From: Gloeobacterales cyanobacterium | GTDB taxonomy: Bacteria; Cyanobacteriota; Cyanobacteriia; Gloeobacterales; PMM-0068 | NCBI GenBank assembly: GCA_038245785.1 | Contig: JBBRSB010000004.1 | Span: forward strand, 111,961-175,960 | Length of the DNA stretch: 64,000 bases | Direction of reading: 5' to 3' | In this document: positions 42,048 through 52,797 of the stretch, piece by piece | How positions within the stretch are numbered: position 1 is the stretch's first letter | How the letters are laid out: every line of letters starts with the position of its first letter | The notes under the pieces: model-generated | Seen by the model: the letters and a program-made list of their open reading frames with translations, nothing else | What the model was told of the DNA's origin: nothing | Databases searched by the model: none | Translations under genes and position numbers: made by a program

Positions 42048-43219
42048 GTCTCCAAATGCCTTTCAAAAAGCCTTCAAAGCAGGTACTCATTGGGTTATAT
42101 GTTGTAGTAGCTTCAGCCACAGGAGTAGCCCTCTACGGCTTTTCGCAATTTGGCCAGAGTAATACTAAGCCATCAACCCAGCCAACAGTTCCAGTTGTCA
42201 AAAAAGTGACAGCATTAGGACGACTAGAGCCGGAATCAGAAGTAAGTCAGGTTTCTGCTCCTTTAGCTTTAAACGGAGACCGTGTTGCTCAACTATTAGT
42301 CAAAGAAGGGGACGCTGTGAAGGCAGGACAAGTGATAGCGATTCTGGATTCTCGTGACCGCTTGCAAAATAGTTTTGAGCAGGCCAAAAAATAAGTCAAC
42401 GTTGCCCAAGCGAAACTGGCACAAATCAGAGCTGGAGCAAAAACAGGAGAGATTCAGGCACAGCAAGCAAGAATTACCCGCCTCGAAATAGAAAGTAAGC
42501 GGGATATCGAAGCACAAGCAGCAACCGTTGCCCGATTGCAGGCCCAATTACACAATGCTGAAGTAGAGAATAAACGCTATCAGGAGCTGTATCAAGATGG
42601 AGCAATTGCGGCATCCCAACGAGACAGTAAGTCCTTAACCTTAGAAGTCGCCCAGAAAAGTCTAGTTGAAGCCAAAGCCTTACTCAATCGCAAACAGTCT
42701 GCCAATCCACAAGAATTGAATGAAGCAAGGGCAACCTTGAATCGGATTGCAGAGGTACGCCCGGTGGATATCAGGGTTGCCCAAACCGAAGTAGATAACG
42801 CCTTGGCCGGATTAAAGCTGGCCCAAACTAATGTAGAGGAGACTCAGATCCGCGCCCCAATGGCAAGTCACATTCTCAAAATTCGAACCCGGCTTGGAGA
42901 AAAAATTAGCAATTCTGGGATTGCGGATTTGGGACAAACAGGCCAAATGGTAGCTGTGGCAGAAATTTATCAAACCGATATTGGCAAAATCCGCCTTGGC
43001 CAGCAGGCAACGATTACCAGCCAGGCATTTTCAGAAGAACTCAGAGGAGCAGTTTCACACATTGGTTTGCAGGTGAGTAAGCAAAATGTCTTCAGCAATC
43101 AGCCAGGAGAGAACTTAGACCGTCGCGTAGTGGAAGTGAAAATCCGCCTAACTCCAGAGGATAGTACGCGGGTTGAAGGCTTGACCAATTTACAGGTGCA
43201 AACCGCTATTCGCCTGTAA
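42044..43219 (+). pseudogene. DevB-family membrane fusion protein with in-frame TAA at 42392-42394
   Basis: VTALGRLEP...AKK*VNVAQAKL...AEIYQTDI...LTNLQV, one frame throughout. Confidence 0.9.
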
Positions 43220-43288
43220 AAAATTTCGGTGAATTGATTTATAACGCATGGCCGATATAAGTCAGATCGCTGCTAGGAGATTGGATAG

Positions 43289-44443
43289 ATGATTAGTGGA
43301 TTACTTCGCAAAACACCACTGGCTTGGCTCCAGTTAATCAAAGAAAAAAACCGCTTACTGGTAGCGATTGCAGGTATTGCCTTTGCCAATATACTCATCT
43401 TCATTCAACTGGGATTTCAGGATGCTTTATATGATGGAGCAACCAAACCTCAAAGCTTACTGCAAGCTGATTTGGTCTTGATCAGTCCTCAGTTTCAATC
43501 CTTATTTGCTCTTCAAAGTTTCCCCAGAGAGCGAATGTACCAGACCTTGAGCTATGAAGGTGTTGCCTCTGTTAGTTCTATATACATTGAATCAGCAAAG
43601 TGGAAAAATCCTGATACTCGCCTGACCCGAGCAATCTTGGTTTAGGGCGTTGAACCAGGAGCCCCCAATCTTGCCTTGCCAGAAGTTCAGCAGAACGCTG
43701 AAAAATTGCAACTGCTTAATCATGTATTATTTGACCGAGCTTCTCGTCCGGAGTATGGGGCAATTGGTGAGTTAGTTCAACAACATGGAAGGCTAGAAGC
43801 AGAGTTGAACAATCAAAATGTTGAAGTTGCGGGGCTTTTCACCCTGGGAGCATCCTTTGCTGCTGATGGCAACGTAATTGCCAGCGATTCCACTTTTCTT
43901 AAGCTATTCTCTGATCGCAAACCAGGCCAAATTGAAGTAGGTTTGATTCAACTCAAGTCCGGCATAAATCCTGCACAGGTTCAAGAACAGTTGCGCACGG
44001 AACTATCGGGTGATGTGCGCGTTCTAACACCCACAGAATTTGCGGCGGCGGAGAAACTCTATTGGGAAAGTCAGGGAGCTATTGGTTTCATTTTCGGCCT
44101 GGGTGTAATCGTTGGCGTAGTGATTGTCTATCAGATTCTGTATACGGATGTGGTTAATCATCTGCCGGAATATGCCACGTTAAAAGCAATGGGCTACAGC
44201 GACCATTACTTCTCTGGGGTGCTCTTACAGGAAGCCTTGATATTAGCAATACTGGGCTATATCCCTGGATTTTTAGTCTCGATTGGCATCTATCAGCTTG
44301 CTTATGCAGCAACGTTACTACCTATTGGGATGAAGCTAGAGCGTGCCCTATCCGTTCTGGTATTAACGATCATCATGTGCAGTGTTTCCGGGTTTGTTGC
44401 CATGCAAAAACTACGTTCTGCTGATCCTGCTGATATCTTTTAG
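43289..44443 (+). pseudogene. DevC-family ABC permease with in-frame TAG at 43643-43645
   Basis: TPLAWLQL, RAILV*GVEP, YQILY.DV..HL.EYATLKAMGY, ADPADIF. Confidence 0.9.
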
Positions 44444-44451
44444 GAGCATTC

Positions 44452-45180
44452 ATGATAAATTCTTTAGGTTCCAACCCTGTTATTTCAGTCCGTGGTCTCC
44501 AGCATTACTTCGGCGAAGAGAGTCTCCGCAAACAAACTTTATTCAATATCAATCTAGACATTAGCGCAGGTGAAATTGTGTTACTGACAGGGCCTTCTGG
44601 CTCTGGCAAAACCACTCTACTGACCCTTTTAGGGGGCTTGCGTTCGGTGCAAGAAGGCAGTCTTAAAATCCTAAATCAAGAAGTTAATGGTGCTAGCAAA
44701 CAGCAGTTGACCAACCTCCGCAAACAGATTGGCTATATCTTTCAAGCACACAATCTCCTGGCCTTTTTAACGGCCCGCCAAAACGTACGCATGTCCCTGG
44801 AACTACACGAACACATTCTGGCAAAAGAGTTGGACACCAAGATAACTGCCATCATGGAAAGCGTTGGTTTGGCAGATCGCAACGAGTACTACCCAGAAAA
44901 TCTTTCTGGAGGGCAAAAGCAGCGAGTGGCTATTGCCCGCGCCTTGGTCAGTCATCCCAAACTCGTTCTGGCCGATGAACCCACAGCCGCTCTGGATAAA
45001 AAATCAGGACGGGATATTGTCGAGTTAATGCAGCGATTAGCAAAAGAGCAAGGCTGTACCATTCTGCTTGTAACCCACGACAATCGAATTCTTGATATCG
45101 CCGACCGAATTATTGATATGTAAGATGGTCGTCTTGTCCGTCATATCAGCGATATCGCTACAGTTATTCAAGAGCATTAA
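44452..45180 (+). pseudogene. DevA-family ABC ATPase with in-frame TAA at 45121-45123
   Basis: GPSGSGKT, LSGGQ, DEP, VTHD; ADRIIDM*DGRL continues in frame. Confidence 0.8.
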
Positions 45181-45472
45181 GTAGCAGCTTGGATATACGC
45201 GCCTATCCCATAAGTCATTCTCTATCGCCTGAGTTTGTCGCTATTCGCTCAAACGCTCAATTTCTATATAAAAGCACAAAGTATTCTCCGTCGGCTATGT
45301 TTAGATTGCTCATTTCAATGAAATACAACGAATTGTATCGGTATTGAATAAGACACTTTACTTTTGTATAGCAGGAGATTAAAGTCACTTTTAATAAAGG
45401 CAAGCATAAAAAATGAGTGCTCTTACTTAATAGTTCGGTGCGCTCAAGACTAATATTTGCAGGGAGTGTGTA

Positions 45473-46099
45473 ATGACCTCATATATCAATGACTATCCGT
45501 TATTCAATATTTCTCCCACCTACGATATACCTCTTTCTTTAAAGAACCTCCTAAGTGATCTTTGGGCACAGCAATATCAGGAACATGCCAAAGAGCATAA
45601 CGGGGACGCAACTACTTCTTTATCCGATGCCTTTACTAAAGTTTTAGATGCGCTATGGCCTGAGAGTATTTCAGTACACGCGGGGCATAAGCGCTATGTT
45701 TGGATGGCCTATGCCTTGGGATTCACGATTGGGCCAACTATCAATAGAGACCCAGTGTATAAGCAACAGGCTGCACTCATCCTTATGGGAATATCCAGAT
45801 GGCTGAGAGGAAAGACAGCTCCCCTCGATTTTCCCAGAGAAGAAGAACTAACTGCTTCTGTCATTGAAGGGGAATTAGCAATAGATGAAGCTCGAAGCGT
45901 TTTGCAGAATTTGCTTAGAATAACCGATCCAGCAGAGGCCCGCGCAGCCCTTGTACAGATTCTAGACGACTGCTTTGAGGGATATGCCGTGCTGCGAGAT
46001 GCTTACAGAAAAAAAGATTTCTTTCATTGGTGGCTTGTGGAAGTTGTTCCTGCCGCCTGGTGCATGAGGCTTCCCAAAGTTATTTATCAAGCTGGTTAA
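45473..46099 (+). CDS. hypothetical helical protein, weakly Imm5-immunity-like
   Basis: 208-aa ORF; C-terminal KKDFFHWWLVEVVPAAW. Confidence 0.6.
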   Translation: MTSYINDYPLFNISPTYDIPLSLKNLLSDLWAQQYQEHAKEHNGDATTSLSDAFTKVLDALWPESISVHAGHKRYVWMAYALGFTIGPTINRDPVYKQQAALILMGISRWLRGKTAPLDFPREEELTASVIEGELAIDEARSVLQNLLRITDPAEARAALVQILDDCFEGYAVLRDAYRKKDFFHWWLVEVVPAAWCMRLPKVIYQAG

Positions 46100-46146
46100 G
46101 CTCGCCTTGTGAATTAGAAAGAAGTTGCTAAGCAAGTTGCATTTCA

Positions 46147-46833
46147 TCAAGAAGTAACAGAAAGCTGAGCAACCATTTGCGCACGAGACGAAACTTCAAG
46201 CTTACGGAACATTCGCTTCAAAGCCTGCTTCACAGAATTCTCAGTAATCCAAAGTTCAGTCCCGATTTCTGCGTTAGTTTGTCCCGAAGCAACCAATTTG
46301 GCAATTTGCAATTCGCGAGGCGTTAAACGTTCGGCTTTGCCATCCCAACGGGAATCGGTTTTGAGCGGTTGGTGCAGTGAGCGCACTGCGGCAACCCAAG
46401 CAGACAGGTGCAAGCAGACCGCACTCAAATCGGCTAGATTTTCGGTATCAAAGGCAGTCATTGATTGTTCGCGGGTGCAACCTACTACCCCCACTAGTTG
46501 ACCGCAACTGACGATCGGCCCCGCCATCACATGCCAATGATCCGGACGAGGACAGATGATGGTCCAAGCCTTTGGAGACGTTACTAATCCTTCGTGGACA
46601 GGAGCATGGCGTTCCACTAAATAACGCACCACAGGATTATGTTCAACTGATAGTCCAACTTTCAGGATTTTCTGTAAATTGCTATCTGCTAAGGGAAGCT
46701 GGTCGAAGAAAAAGATTCCTGCTCGTTTCGCTGCAAAATAATCGCCAATTCTCGGCACGAGTTGCGCTCGCAGGTCTTGGTCATCCTTGACCTGATTGAT
46801 CGCTTCAAATAAAAACTGCAGAGAACTTGTCAT
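46147..46833 (-). CDS. GAF-LuxR transcriptional regulator
   Basis: HNPV.RYL.ERHAPVHE, LTPRELQIA.LVASG.TN.EI HTH. Confidence 0.92.
   Translation of the reverse strand: MTSSLQFLFEAINQVKDDQDLRAQLVPRIGDYFAAKRAGIFFFDQLPLADSNLQKILKVGLSVEHNPVVRYLVERHAPVHEGLVTSPKAWTIICPRPDHWHVMAGPIVSCGQLVGVVGCTREQSMTAFDTENLADLSAVCLHLSAWVAAVRSLHQPLKTDSRWDGKAERLTPRELQIAKLVASGQTNAEIGTELWITENSVKQALKRMFRKLEVSSRAQMVAQLSVTS
46330..46353 (-). mobile_element. candidate 24-nt in-frame inserted element (SDR-like) in a CGAT^CG site
   Basis: ACCGAT[TCCCGTTGGGATGGCAAAGCCGAA]CGT adds SRWDGKAE; two triloop hairpins. Confidence 0.65.
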
Positions 46834-46852
46834 GTTTGCGATGGTGAAAAGT

Positions 46853-46868
46853 GTACTCGATCGAGGAC
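46853..46868. promoter_or_regulatory. putative LuxR operator
   Basis: GTACTCGATCGAGGAC near-palindrome between luxR and the divergent membrane-protein genes. Confidence 0.65.
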
Positions 46869-46931
46869 TAGGCGTGGCTAAGGAAAGCGCTTTATCTTAG
46901 CTTTATCGACGTTACCAAGGAGAACCTCGAC

Positions 46932-47363
46932 ATGGCAATAAGTTCTAGTTCTGACCAAGTGAAACCATCTGGTCACCAAATTTATATTGGATTTTATATT
47001 TTAGCAGTGCTTTTTAATCTTTGTCTGGTTGCCCAAGTATTAACCGTCGGACTGGCGTATTTCTACAGTGCTGAATGGTGGAATGTACATGTTTGGTTGG
47101 TCCGTGGGTACGGTGGGCTATCGCTCATCTTGACCATATGGGCGTATTTCAGTCTGTTGCCGCGTCGGGTGCGGAGCCTTGCAAGCAGTCTACCTGTCCT
47201 GCTTGGACTACAATTTTCCGTCATTCATCTAAAGACTCCTTTTCACCTAGAGGTACTGCATCCTCTGATTGGATTTGCGTTGCTCTCTGTTTCTTCAAGC
47301 CTTGTACATCGTGTATGGCGTATTTTATCGCCCGCTAACCATCAAATTGAATCAAAATCATAG
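46932..47363 (+). CDS. four-TM membrane protein (DUF6220-like)
   Basis: AQVLTVG.A, W..H, LHPL motifs. Confidence 0.7.
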   Translation: MAISSSSDQVKPSGHQIYIGFYILAVLFNLCLVAQVLTVGLAYFYSAEWWNVHVWLVRGYGGLSLILTIWAYFSLLPRRVRSLASSLPVLLGLQFSVIHLKTPFHLEVLHPLIGFALLSVSSSLVHRVWRILSPANHQIESKS

Positions 47364-47381
47364 ACAGGAAGGTAGAAAACT

Positions 47382-47816
47382 ATGAATCCACAAGTCAGCC
47401 TCACTTTTACTCAAGTGCTTGCGCCGCTGGTCATCGCAGTGCTGTTCATTGCCGCCTGCTCACTTCTGAAAGAGCCAGCCCGGCAAAATTTCAGTGCCAT
47501 TATGATCGCTGGGGCAGGAGCCGCGTATCTGAACGGAGGCCTAGGGGTATGGGAGTTCGCCTTCTGCACCCTCATGACGTTCGTGGCGTATCGCGGACTC
47601 AGCGACTACCGTTTCGTCGGTCTGGGTTGGCTTTTGCACACCGCATGGGACGTGATGCATCACCTCTATGGCAACCCAATCGTTCCTTTCGTTCCGGGCT
47701 CTTCGGCTGGGTGCGCGATTTGCGATTCCGCCCTCGCTTTGTGGTATTTCCTCGGTGCCCCGTCCGTTTACTCCTGGCTTGAAAATCTCCCTTCTGAGGA
47801 GCCTGAGACGAAGTAG
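47382..47816 (+). CDS. membrane protein (DUF6010-like)
   Basis: AGAGAAYL.GG.G.WE, GWLLHT.WD..HH.YG.PI; GC-rich. Confidence 0.75.
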   Translation: MNPQVSLTFTQVLAPLVIAVLFIAACSLLKEPARQNFSAIMIAGAGAAYLNGGLGVWEFAFCTLMTFVAYRGLSDYRFVGLGWLLHTAWDVMHHLYGNPIVPFVPGSSAGCAICDSALALWYFLGAPSVYSWLENLPSEEPETK

Positions 47817-47838
47817 GGTTCTGCGTAGCAATCAGCCA

Positions 47839-48576
47839 CTAATCCCGAACAGAATGCTCAACCACCAACGCTGCAAGATAGTCAGGCGCGGGGCTGAATG
47901 ACTGCATAAACCAACCGGGCAGCGCCTCTGTAAGCCCCCATCTACTTTCGGTGTAGACAATTTCGACCTGATTCAGCGGGTGACTGAGACCTTTACCCGT
48001 CGCTTTAAGGTAAGCTTCTTTGCCAGTCCACAGCCGAAAAAAGACTTGAGCCTGCTCATCCACGGGAAGCGCTTGAATCCGGGCATGTTCTGTCTTAGAA
48101 AAAAAACGCTGGGCAAGCGGCTCAGCATCAGGCATAGGGCGCAGATATTCTATATCCACACCAATCGCTCGACTGGCCGTAATCGCACACAGGGCCAGTT
48201 CATGAGAATGAGAAATATTGAATTGGAGTCTTTGCTCCTCGCCCAGAGAACCTTGTGTAGCGTCCGTTTGAACACCGTCAAAATCAGCCAAGAAAGGCTT
48301 TCCCTGTGGACCATAGCTGAATCGTACGGAGCTAGGCGTACATCCGGTATAGGCACCGAGAATAGACCGGAGCTGACCGCGACCGACAATGAATCGACGA
48401 CGGTCTTTTTCAAAGCGGAAACGCTGACTGCGCTGGTGTTCATCTTCCGTTAGGGTTTGCGCTAATTTCTGAACGACAGGCACTGGCTGGAAAAGGTCTA
48501 TGCGCCAAATATCAACCTGCTCATCAGATAGGGCGAGATCTGCAGGCTGAGTAGCCTGTTCTTCCCAATCCTGCAA
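47839..48576 (-). CDS. Sfp/HetI-type 4'-phosphopantetheinyl transferase
   Basis: GKP, FNISHS, IGVDIE, WTGKEAYLKATG. Confidence 0.95.
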   Translation of the reverse strand: MQDWEEQATQPADLALSDEQVDIWRIDLFQPVPVVQKLAQTLTEDEHQRSQRFRFEKDRRRFIVGRGQLRSILGAYTGCTPSSVRFSYGPQGKPFLADFDGVQTDATQGSLGEEQRLQFNISHSHELALCAITASRAIGVDIEYLRPMPDAEPLAQRFFSKTEHARIQALPVDEQAQVFFRLWTGKEAYLKATGKGLSHPLNQVEIVYTESRWGLTEALPGWFMQSFSPAPDYLAALVVEHSVRD

Positions 48577-48603
48577 GGTTACGGAAAGAATCAGAGAGAG
48601 CCT

Positions 48604-49749
48604 TTATCCTTTATCGACTGGTTTGGTATCGACTGGTTTGCTGTTGGCCTGTTTTGCGAGGTAGCGGACATCGCTCAAGCTAAGACCTGACTCTTCCGAG
48701 GCCAAGTCAACGTCTCGCGACACGATCAGAGCGTTGATGAACTTCGAAAACTTTTTACGGAGCGCACCACTTTTCCAGTTCCAAATGCGGGTATCCACCT
48801 TTAGCAGGGTATTGGCAGGAACGGAAGTTCCATCATCCATGGGAATGGAGATAGTACTCAATATTTCACTGGGAGAGGCTCTATAGCTCAGAGCCTTGAA
48901 GGGCAGGTTGGCCGTCAGCCGTTTCTGTTCGGCTTCGGACATAGGCGATATCTTCTTGGGCTCGCGCTCGACACGGGCAGCAGATGCCTCCGCGAGGACA
49001 GTTGATTTCGTAGATTTTGCAGATATAGCAGATGATTTCCGCTGAATCTGGTTCACTTTGTTTGCTTTCCGGCTCTTCCCAGTATCGCTAAAGGCCAGCT
49101 TTTGGGGACGCCATGTCTTATTCCAACTTTTCGAAATGGTTGCCACCTTTACAGAGGCGATGGAAGCTGCGTTTTTCTGGGCCTGAGCCACAGGTTTAGC
49201 TTTGGGGGCAGCCTTTGAAGAAACCGAACCTTTAGGTATAGGTAGTGCCAAAGGAGTGGATTTGGCTACAGGAGTTGTTTTAGCAACAGGAGCCGCAGGA
49301 GTTTTGACTAGCGGTGGCAATGCCGTTGGTTCTAAATTTTTCCCATTGGTTGAGCGCGTTTGAGCATTGAAGGCTGCAACGGGGTCTACCTCAGATGAAG
49401 TAGACTCTTGGCCTGAGCTTGCCGCTACTACATCGTTGCTTTTGAGACTAAAGCCATACCAACCCAAGCCCCCTAAGAGACCGAGACAGCCTACTACCAA
49501 GGCAGCACGCACAGAAGTCCTCATCCAAGGGGGAGGAATATCCAAATCCTGGTCATAGAGTACACGAGTCTCATCATTGGTGAGGATGTTGTAAGCCTCA
49601 TTGATACTCTTTAAAAATTCTTCAGCTTCCCGCTCTTTGTTTACATCCGGATGATATTTCCGAGCAAGCTGTAAATAAGCTTGTCGGATTTCTTCTTTGG
49701 GGGCGTCATAACGAACACCCAGGACGCGATAGTAATCTTGAGTCATCAC
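48604..49749 (-). CDS. membrane-anchored DnaJ-domain protein
   Basis: [19 protein letters not shown] segment; P/A/K-rich linker; C-terminal folded domain. Confidence 0.88.
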   Translation of the reverse strand: MMTQDYYRVLGVRYDAPKEEIRQAYLQLARKYHPDVNKEREAEEFLKSINEAYNILTNDETRVLYDQDLDIPPPWMRTSVRAALVVGCLGLLGGLGWYGFSLKSNDVVAASSGQESTSSEVDPVAAFNAQTRSTNGKNLEPTALPPLVKTPAAPVAKTTPVAKSTPLALPIPKGSVSSKAAPKAKPVAQAQKNAASIASVKVATISKSWNKTWRPQKLAFSDTGKSRKANKVNQIQRKSSAISAKSTKSTVLAEASAARVEREPKKISPMSEAEQKRLTANLPFKALSYRASPSEILSTISIPMDDGTSVPANTLLKVDTRIWNWKSGALRKKFSKFINALIVSRDVDLASEESGLSLSDVRYLAKQANSKPVDTKPVDKG

Positions 49750-50083
49750 TGGCGTTGTATCTTGCTCCTACGCAATGTTACCTAAAAAACGCCACTACAT
49801 ACAGAAGCTTAACTCAGGATTAATCTCGATTCGTAACAAAGACTACCGCAAATAGATGCACATAAGAGGAGGTTCTTCAGCAGTAAGATTCCATACCGTA
49901 GACGTCTCAAGCAGGAAGGCCCAGCAAAATAACGTTCATCGGCTGCTCACCTAGCTATTAGTCTCCTATGCCCTAAGACTTCCAAAAAAGCTAGCTTTTC
50001 CTTAAATATCTTGATTCTAGGAGGCTAATATTGGTGCGGAATATACTGATTCGGTTTGTATACAGTCTTAATGTTTTTTATAG

Positions 50084-52630
50084 CTACTTTGCCTCAAGTA
50101 CATCCAATCGGCTTTTTAACTCCTGATTGTTCTTGTGTAGCTCCTCAACAGCCTCACGGAGTTTTTTTACTTCTTCCCCTTGAGCCACAGAAGCCCGTAG
50201 CGCTTCCAGGGCTTCCAGAGCGGTCCTTTCCACCCGACCATCCGGGTCATTGCTAGCAATTTGCTGAAGCAAGACCAAAGCTTTGGGAGATTGCAGCGAT
50301 TTAAGGGCCGCAATTGTCGCCAAACGGGTTAAGAAGAAACCCTCTTTGGCAATATCCGCTAGGCGATTTAAGACTTTCGGGTCATCCTTGCCTTCGCCAA
50401 ATCGTCCTAGCGCTCGAATAGCGGCCAAGCGCAGAGGCTGGGGAGTACCGATCGCCGTTTTGCTAATTAAGAGGTTACGGGCTTTGTCATTATCTTTAAG
50501 TTCTGCCAAGCCATCGATGGCAGCACAGCGGACTACTTCATTCCAAGAAGCTTGTTTGTCCAGTACTCTTTTGAGAACTTTATAGGCATCTTCCTGTTTT
50601 GTTTTACCCAAAGTTCTAGCCGCTGCCGCCCGCACAAAGTAGCTGGGAACCCCCTTGGTAAAAGGTTCTACCGCGTTAAAGGTCTTTTCCGTTGGGTCTG
50701 TGGCTAAAGCCGTAAGGATCGCTTTTAATACTCGGTCCTCTTTGACCTCAGGGAGCGCTTGCCGAAGCGCATCATAGGCGTAGTCCCGCTTGGCTTCAGC
50801 TAGGGCACTCGCCACTTCAGCCCGTACGCCCCAGAAGATGGTTTCATCTAGAAGCACCGAGGCTAAAGCCTGCACCACAGAGGGATTAGCCTTTTTAACC
50901 AAAGCTTGAGCCGCAAAAATCCGGCCCATCCCATCCGGGTCGTTTAGGAGCTGGGCTTTGAGGTCTTCTACGGAAACCTCCAGCTCTACCGTCTTGAGGA
51001 CATGGTTACGGGGGTCAAAGGAAAAGAAGAGCGGCTTAGCTTCTAGCGGAAAACAGAACGTCTGCTCGGTCTGATGGATATGCAAGGGAAAAACCTTACT
51101 GCTTATATTTTGACCGTCTTGGAAACTGAAAGACAGCGGAATTTTCAGGTCAAACAGCACGGTCAGCTCATTGACTGTCTGCTTCTGCTGCACGGTCACC
51201 TTCGCATAGCTACCTTCTTGGTCCCAACTGTAAGAAACCTTGAACTCAGGATGTCCGCCCTTGAAGACATACTGCTCAAACAAGGGCAGCATATTGCGTC
51301 CGGTCGCTTTCTCAATAGCTCTAAGCAGATCTACTGTTTCCACCGTGCCGTGACGGTGATCTTCGAGAAACGTCTGGATGAAGCGGAAAAATCCGGTTTC
51401 TCCCAAATAGTGACGGAGCATATGGTAAACCGTCGCCCCCTTTTGGTAGAGGTGACGGTCATAGAGTTCTATTGCTTCCTTATAGACATTGGTGACGATC
51501 GGTCTACGGTAGCGCTGACTATCCTCATCAAAATAGGCATGGGTATCGAGATAGCGGAAATAGTCTGCATCCTCCAGTCCATACTCATGCTCCCGCCAAA
51601 GGGCTTCAAAATAGCTGGCCGCCCCTTCTTTGATCCAGGCATGGCTCCAGTGCTTGATCACCACGAGGTCCCCAAACCATTGATGCACCAGTTCATGGGC
51701 GACCAGATCTTCACTCCAGCAATATTCCTTGGCTGCTTGCTCATCCAACAAACAGCGATCGGTCAGAACGGTGCAGGAAGTATTTTCCATGCCACCAAAA
51801 ATAAAATCGTCCACACACACTTGGGCATAGCGAGGAAAAGGATAACGTACCCCAAATTTTTCTGAGAAAAACTGCACCATCTGGGGTGTTTTGCCCATGG
51901 TTCTGCGCGCTTCTTCTTCGCGACCCGGCGTGACATAGTAGGGAACTTCGATTCCATCCCACTGGTCTTGAATCTCAGCAAATACCCCAACGACTAAGGT
52001 CATGAGATAGGTGGGATGGACCTGTTCTTGTTTCCAGTGATAGGTCTTGCTCTTTTTTGCCTCGGTAACTTGGGCCAATACCCCATTTGAAATTGCCTGG
52101 TAGGGTTTAGGCACCGTAACGGTTATCTCCGAGGTAGCTAGCTGACCCGGATAGTCAAAACAGGGAAACCAAAAGCGCGAATCCTCATCTTCTCCCTGCG
52201 TCCAGACCTGGACAGGCTTATCAGGATAGTGGTCATTGGGTTTGATGAAGTAGATGCCCCGTTGCGGCTTCTCCACTGCGTACTCGAGGGTGAGTGTGAG
52301 GCTGGTACCTCTTGCCCGACCTTCTAGACATTCTGGAAGCGTGAGATAGACCTGTTGCCCATCATGGCTAAAGACCAATTCTTGCGGGTCTTGTGCAGTT
52401 CCGAGGTAAACACGGCTGATCGTCATCTGGATTGCATCCAGGGTCAAAGACCGTACGCCTTCCTCCAAGGTAACCAAACGAACCACACACTGACCTTCTA
52501 TCGATTCAGCTTCAAGGTCCAGATTGAGGTTCAGGCTGATGTGTTCAACGAGCCCTGGCTTATCTGGGTTGTACTGGGGTTTAGCCCCAGGCAAGCTGAA
52601 AGATTTGTAGGGCGATGCGGGCTGGTTCAC
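50084..52630 (-). CDS. pepN: M1 aminopeptidase with HEAT repeats
   Basis: GGMEN, HELVHQWFG..E; HEAT repeats; C-terminal coiled coil. Confidence 0.93.
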   Translation of the reverse strand: MNQPASPYKSFSLPGAKPQYNPDKPGLVEHISLNLNLDLEAESIEGQCVVRLVTLEEGVRSLTLDAIQMTISRVYLGTAQDPQELVFSHDGQQVYLTLPECLEGRARGTSLTLTLEYAVEKPQRGIYFIKPNDHYPDKPVQVWTQGEDEDSRFWFPCFDYPGQLATSEITVTVPKPYQAISNGVLAQVTEAKKSKTYHWKQEQVHPTYLMTLVVGVFAEIQDQWDGIEVPYYVTPGREEEARRTMGKTPQMVQFFSEKFGVRYPFPRYAQVCVDDFIFGGMENTSCTVLTDRCLLDEQAAKEYCWSEDLVAHELVHQWFGDLVVIKHWSHAWIKEGAASYFEALWREHEYGLEDADYFRYLDTHAYFDEDSQRYRRPIVTNVYKEAIELYDRHLYQKGATVYHMLRHYLGETGFFRFIQTFLEDHRHGTVETVDLLRAIEKATGRNMLPLFEQYVFKGGHPEFKVSYSWDQEGSYAKVTVQQKQTVNELTVLFDLKIPLSFSFQDGQNISSKVFPLHIHQTEQTFCFPLEAKPLFFSFDPRNHVLKTVELEVSVEDLKAQLLNDPDGMGRIFAAQALVKKANPSVVQALASVLLDETIFWGVRAEVASALAEAKRDYAYDALRQALPEVKEDRVLKAILTALATDPTEKTFNAVEPFTKGVPSYFVRAAAARTLGKTKQEDAYKVLKRVLDKQASWNEVVRCAAIDGLAELKDNDKARNLLISKTAIGTPQPLRLAAIRALGRFGEGKDDPKVLNRLADIAKEGFFLTRLATIAALKSLQSPKALVLLQQIASNDPDGRVERTALEALEALRASVAQGEEVKKLREAVEELHKNNQELKSRLDVLEAK

Positions 52631-52719
52631 AATGGTTCCTCGGTACCAGTACTCATTATGAACAAGCTTTGAGCCATATTTGTATGGTTGAAAGCAAAAG
52701 AACAGATTGGTGGCCGATC

Positions 52720-52756
52720 AAAAAGCCCACCCTAGTTGTCATGACCAGGATGAGCT
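52720..52756 (-). terminator. intrinsic terminator of the 52798-53133 gene
   Basis: Minus strand AGCTCATCCTGGT-N7-ACTAGGGTGGGCT followed by TTTT. Confidence 0.8.
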
Positions 52757-52797
52757 AATAAGAGTGAACAAACATCTCTAAGAAACGGCTGATGAAC

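Noticed and set aside
4357..45180. Stop-codon reassignment or read-through to explain five in-frame stops
   Set aside because: The stops include both TAA and TAG, stand for different expected residues (Q, W, E), occur only in accessory genes, and TAA/TAG end housekeeping genes normally
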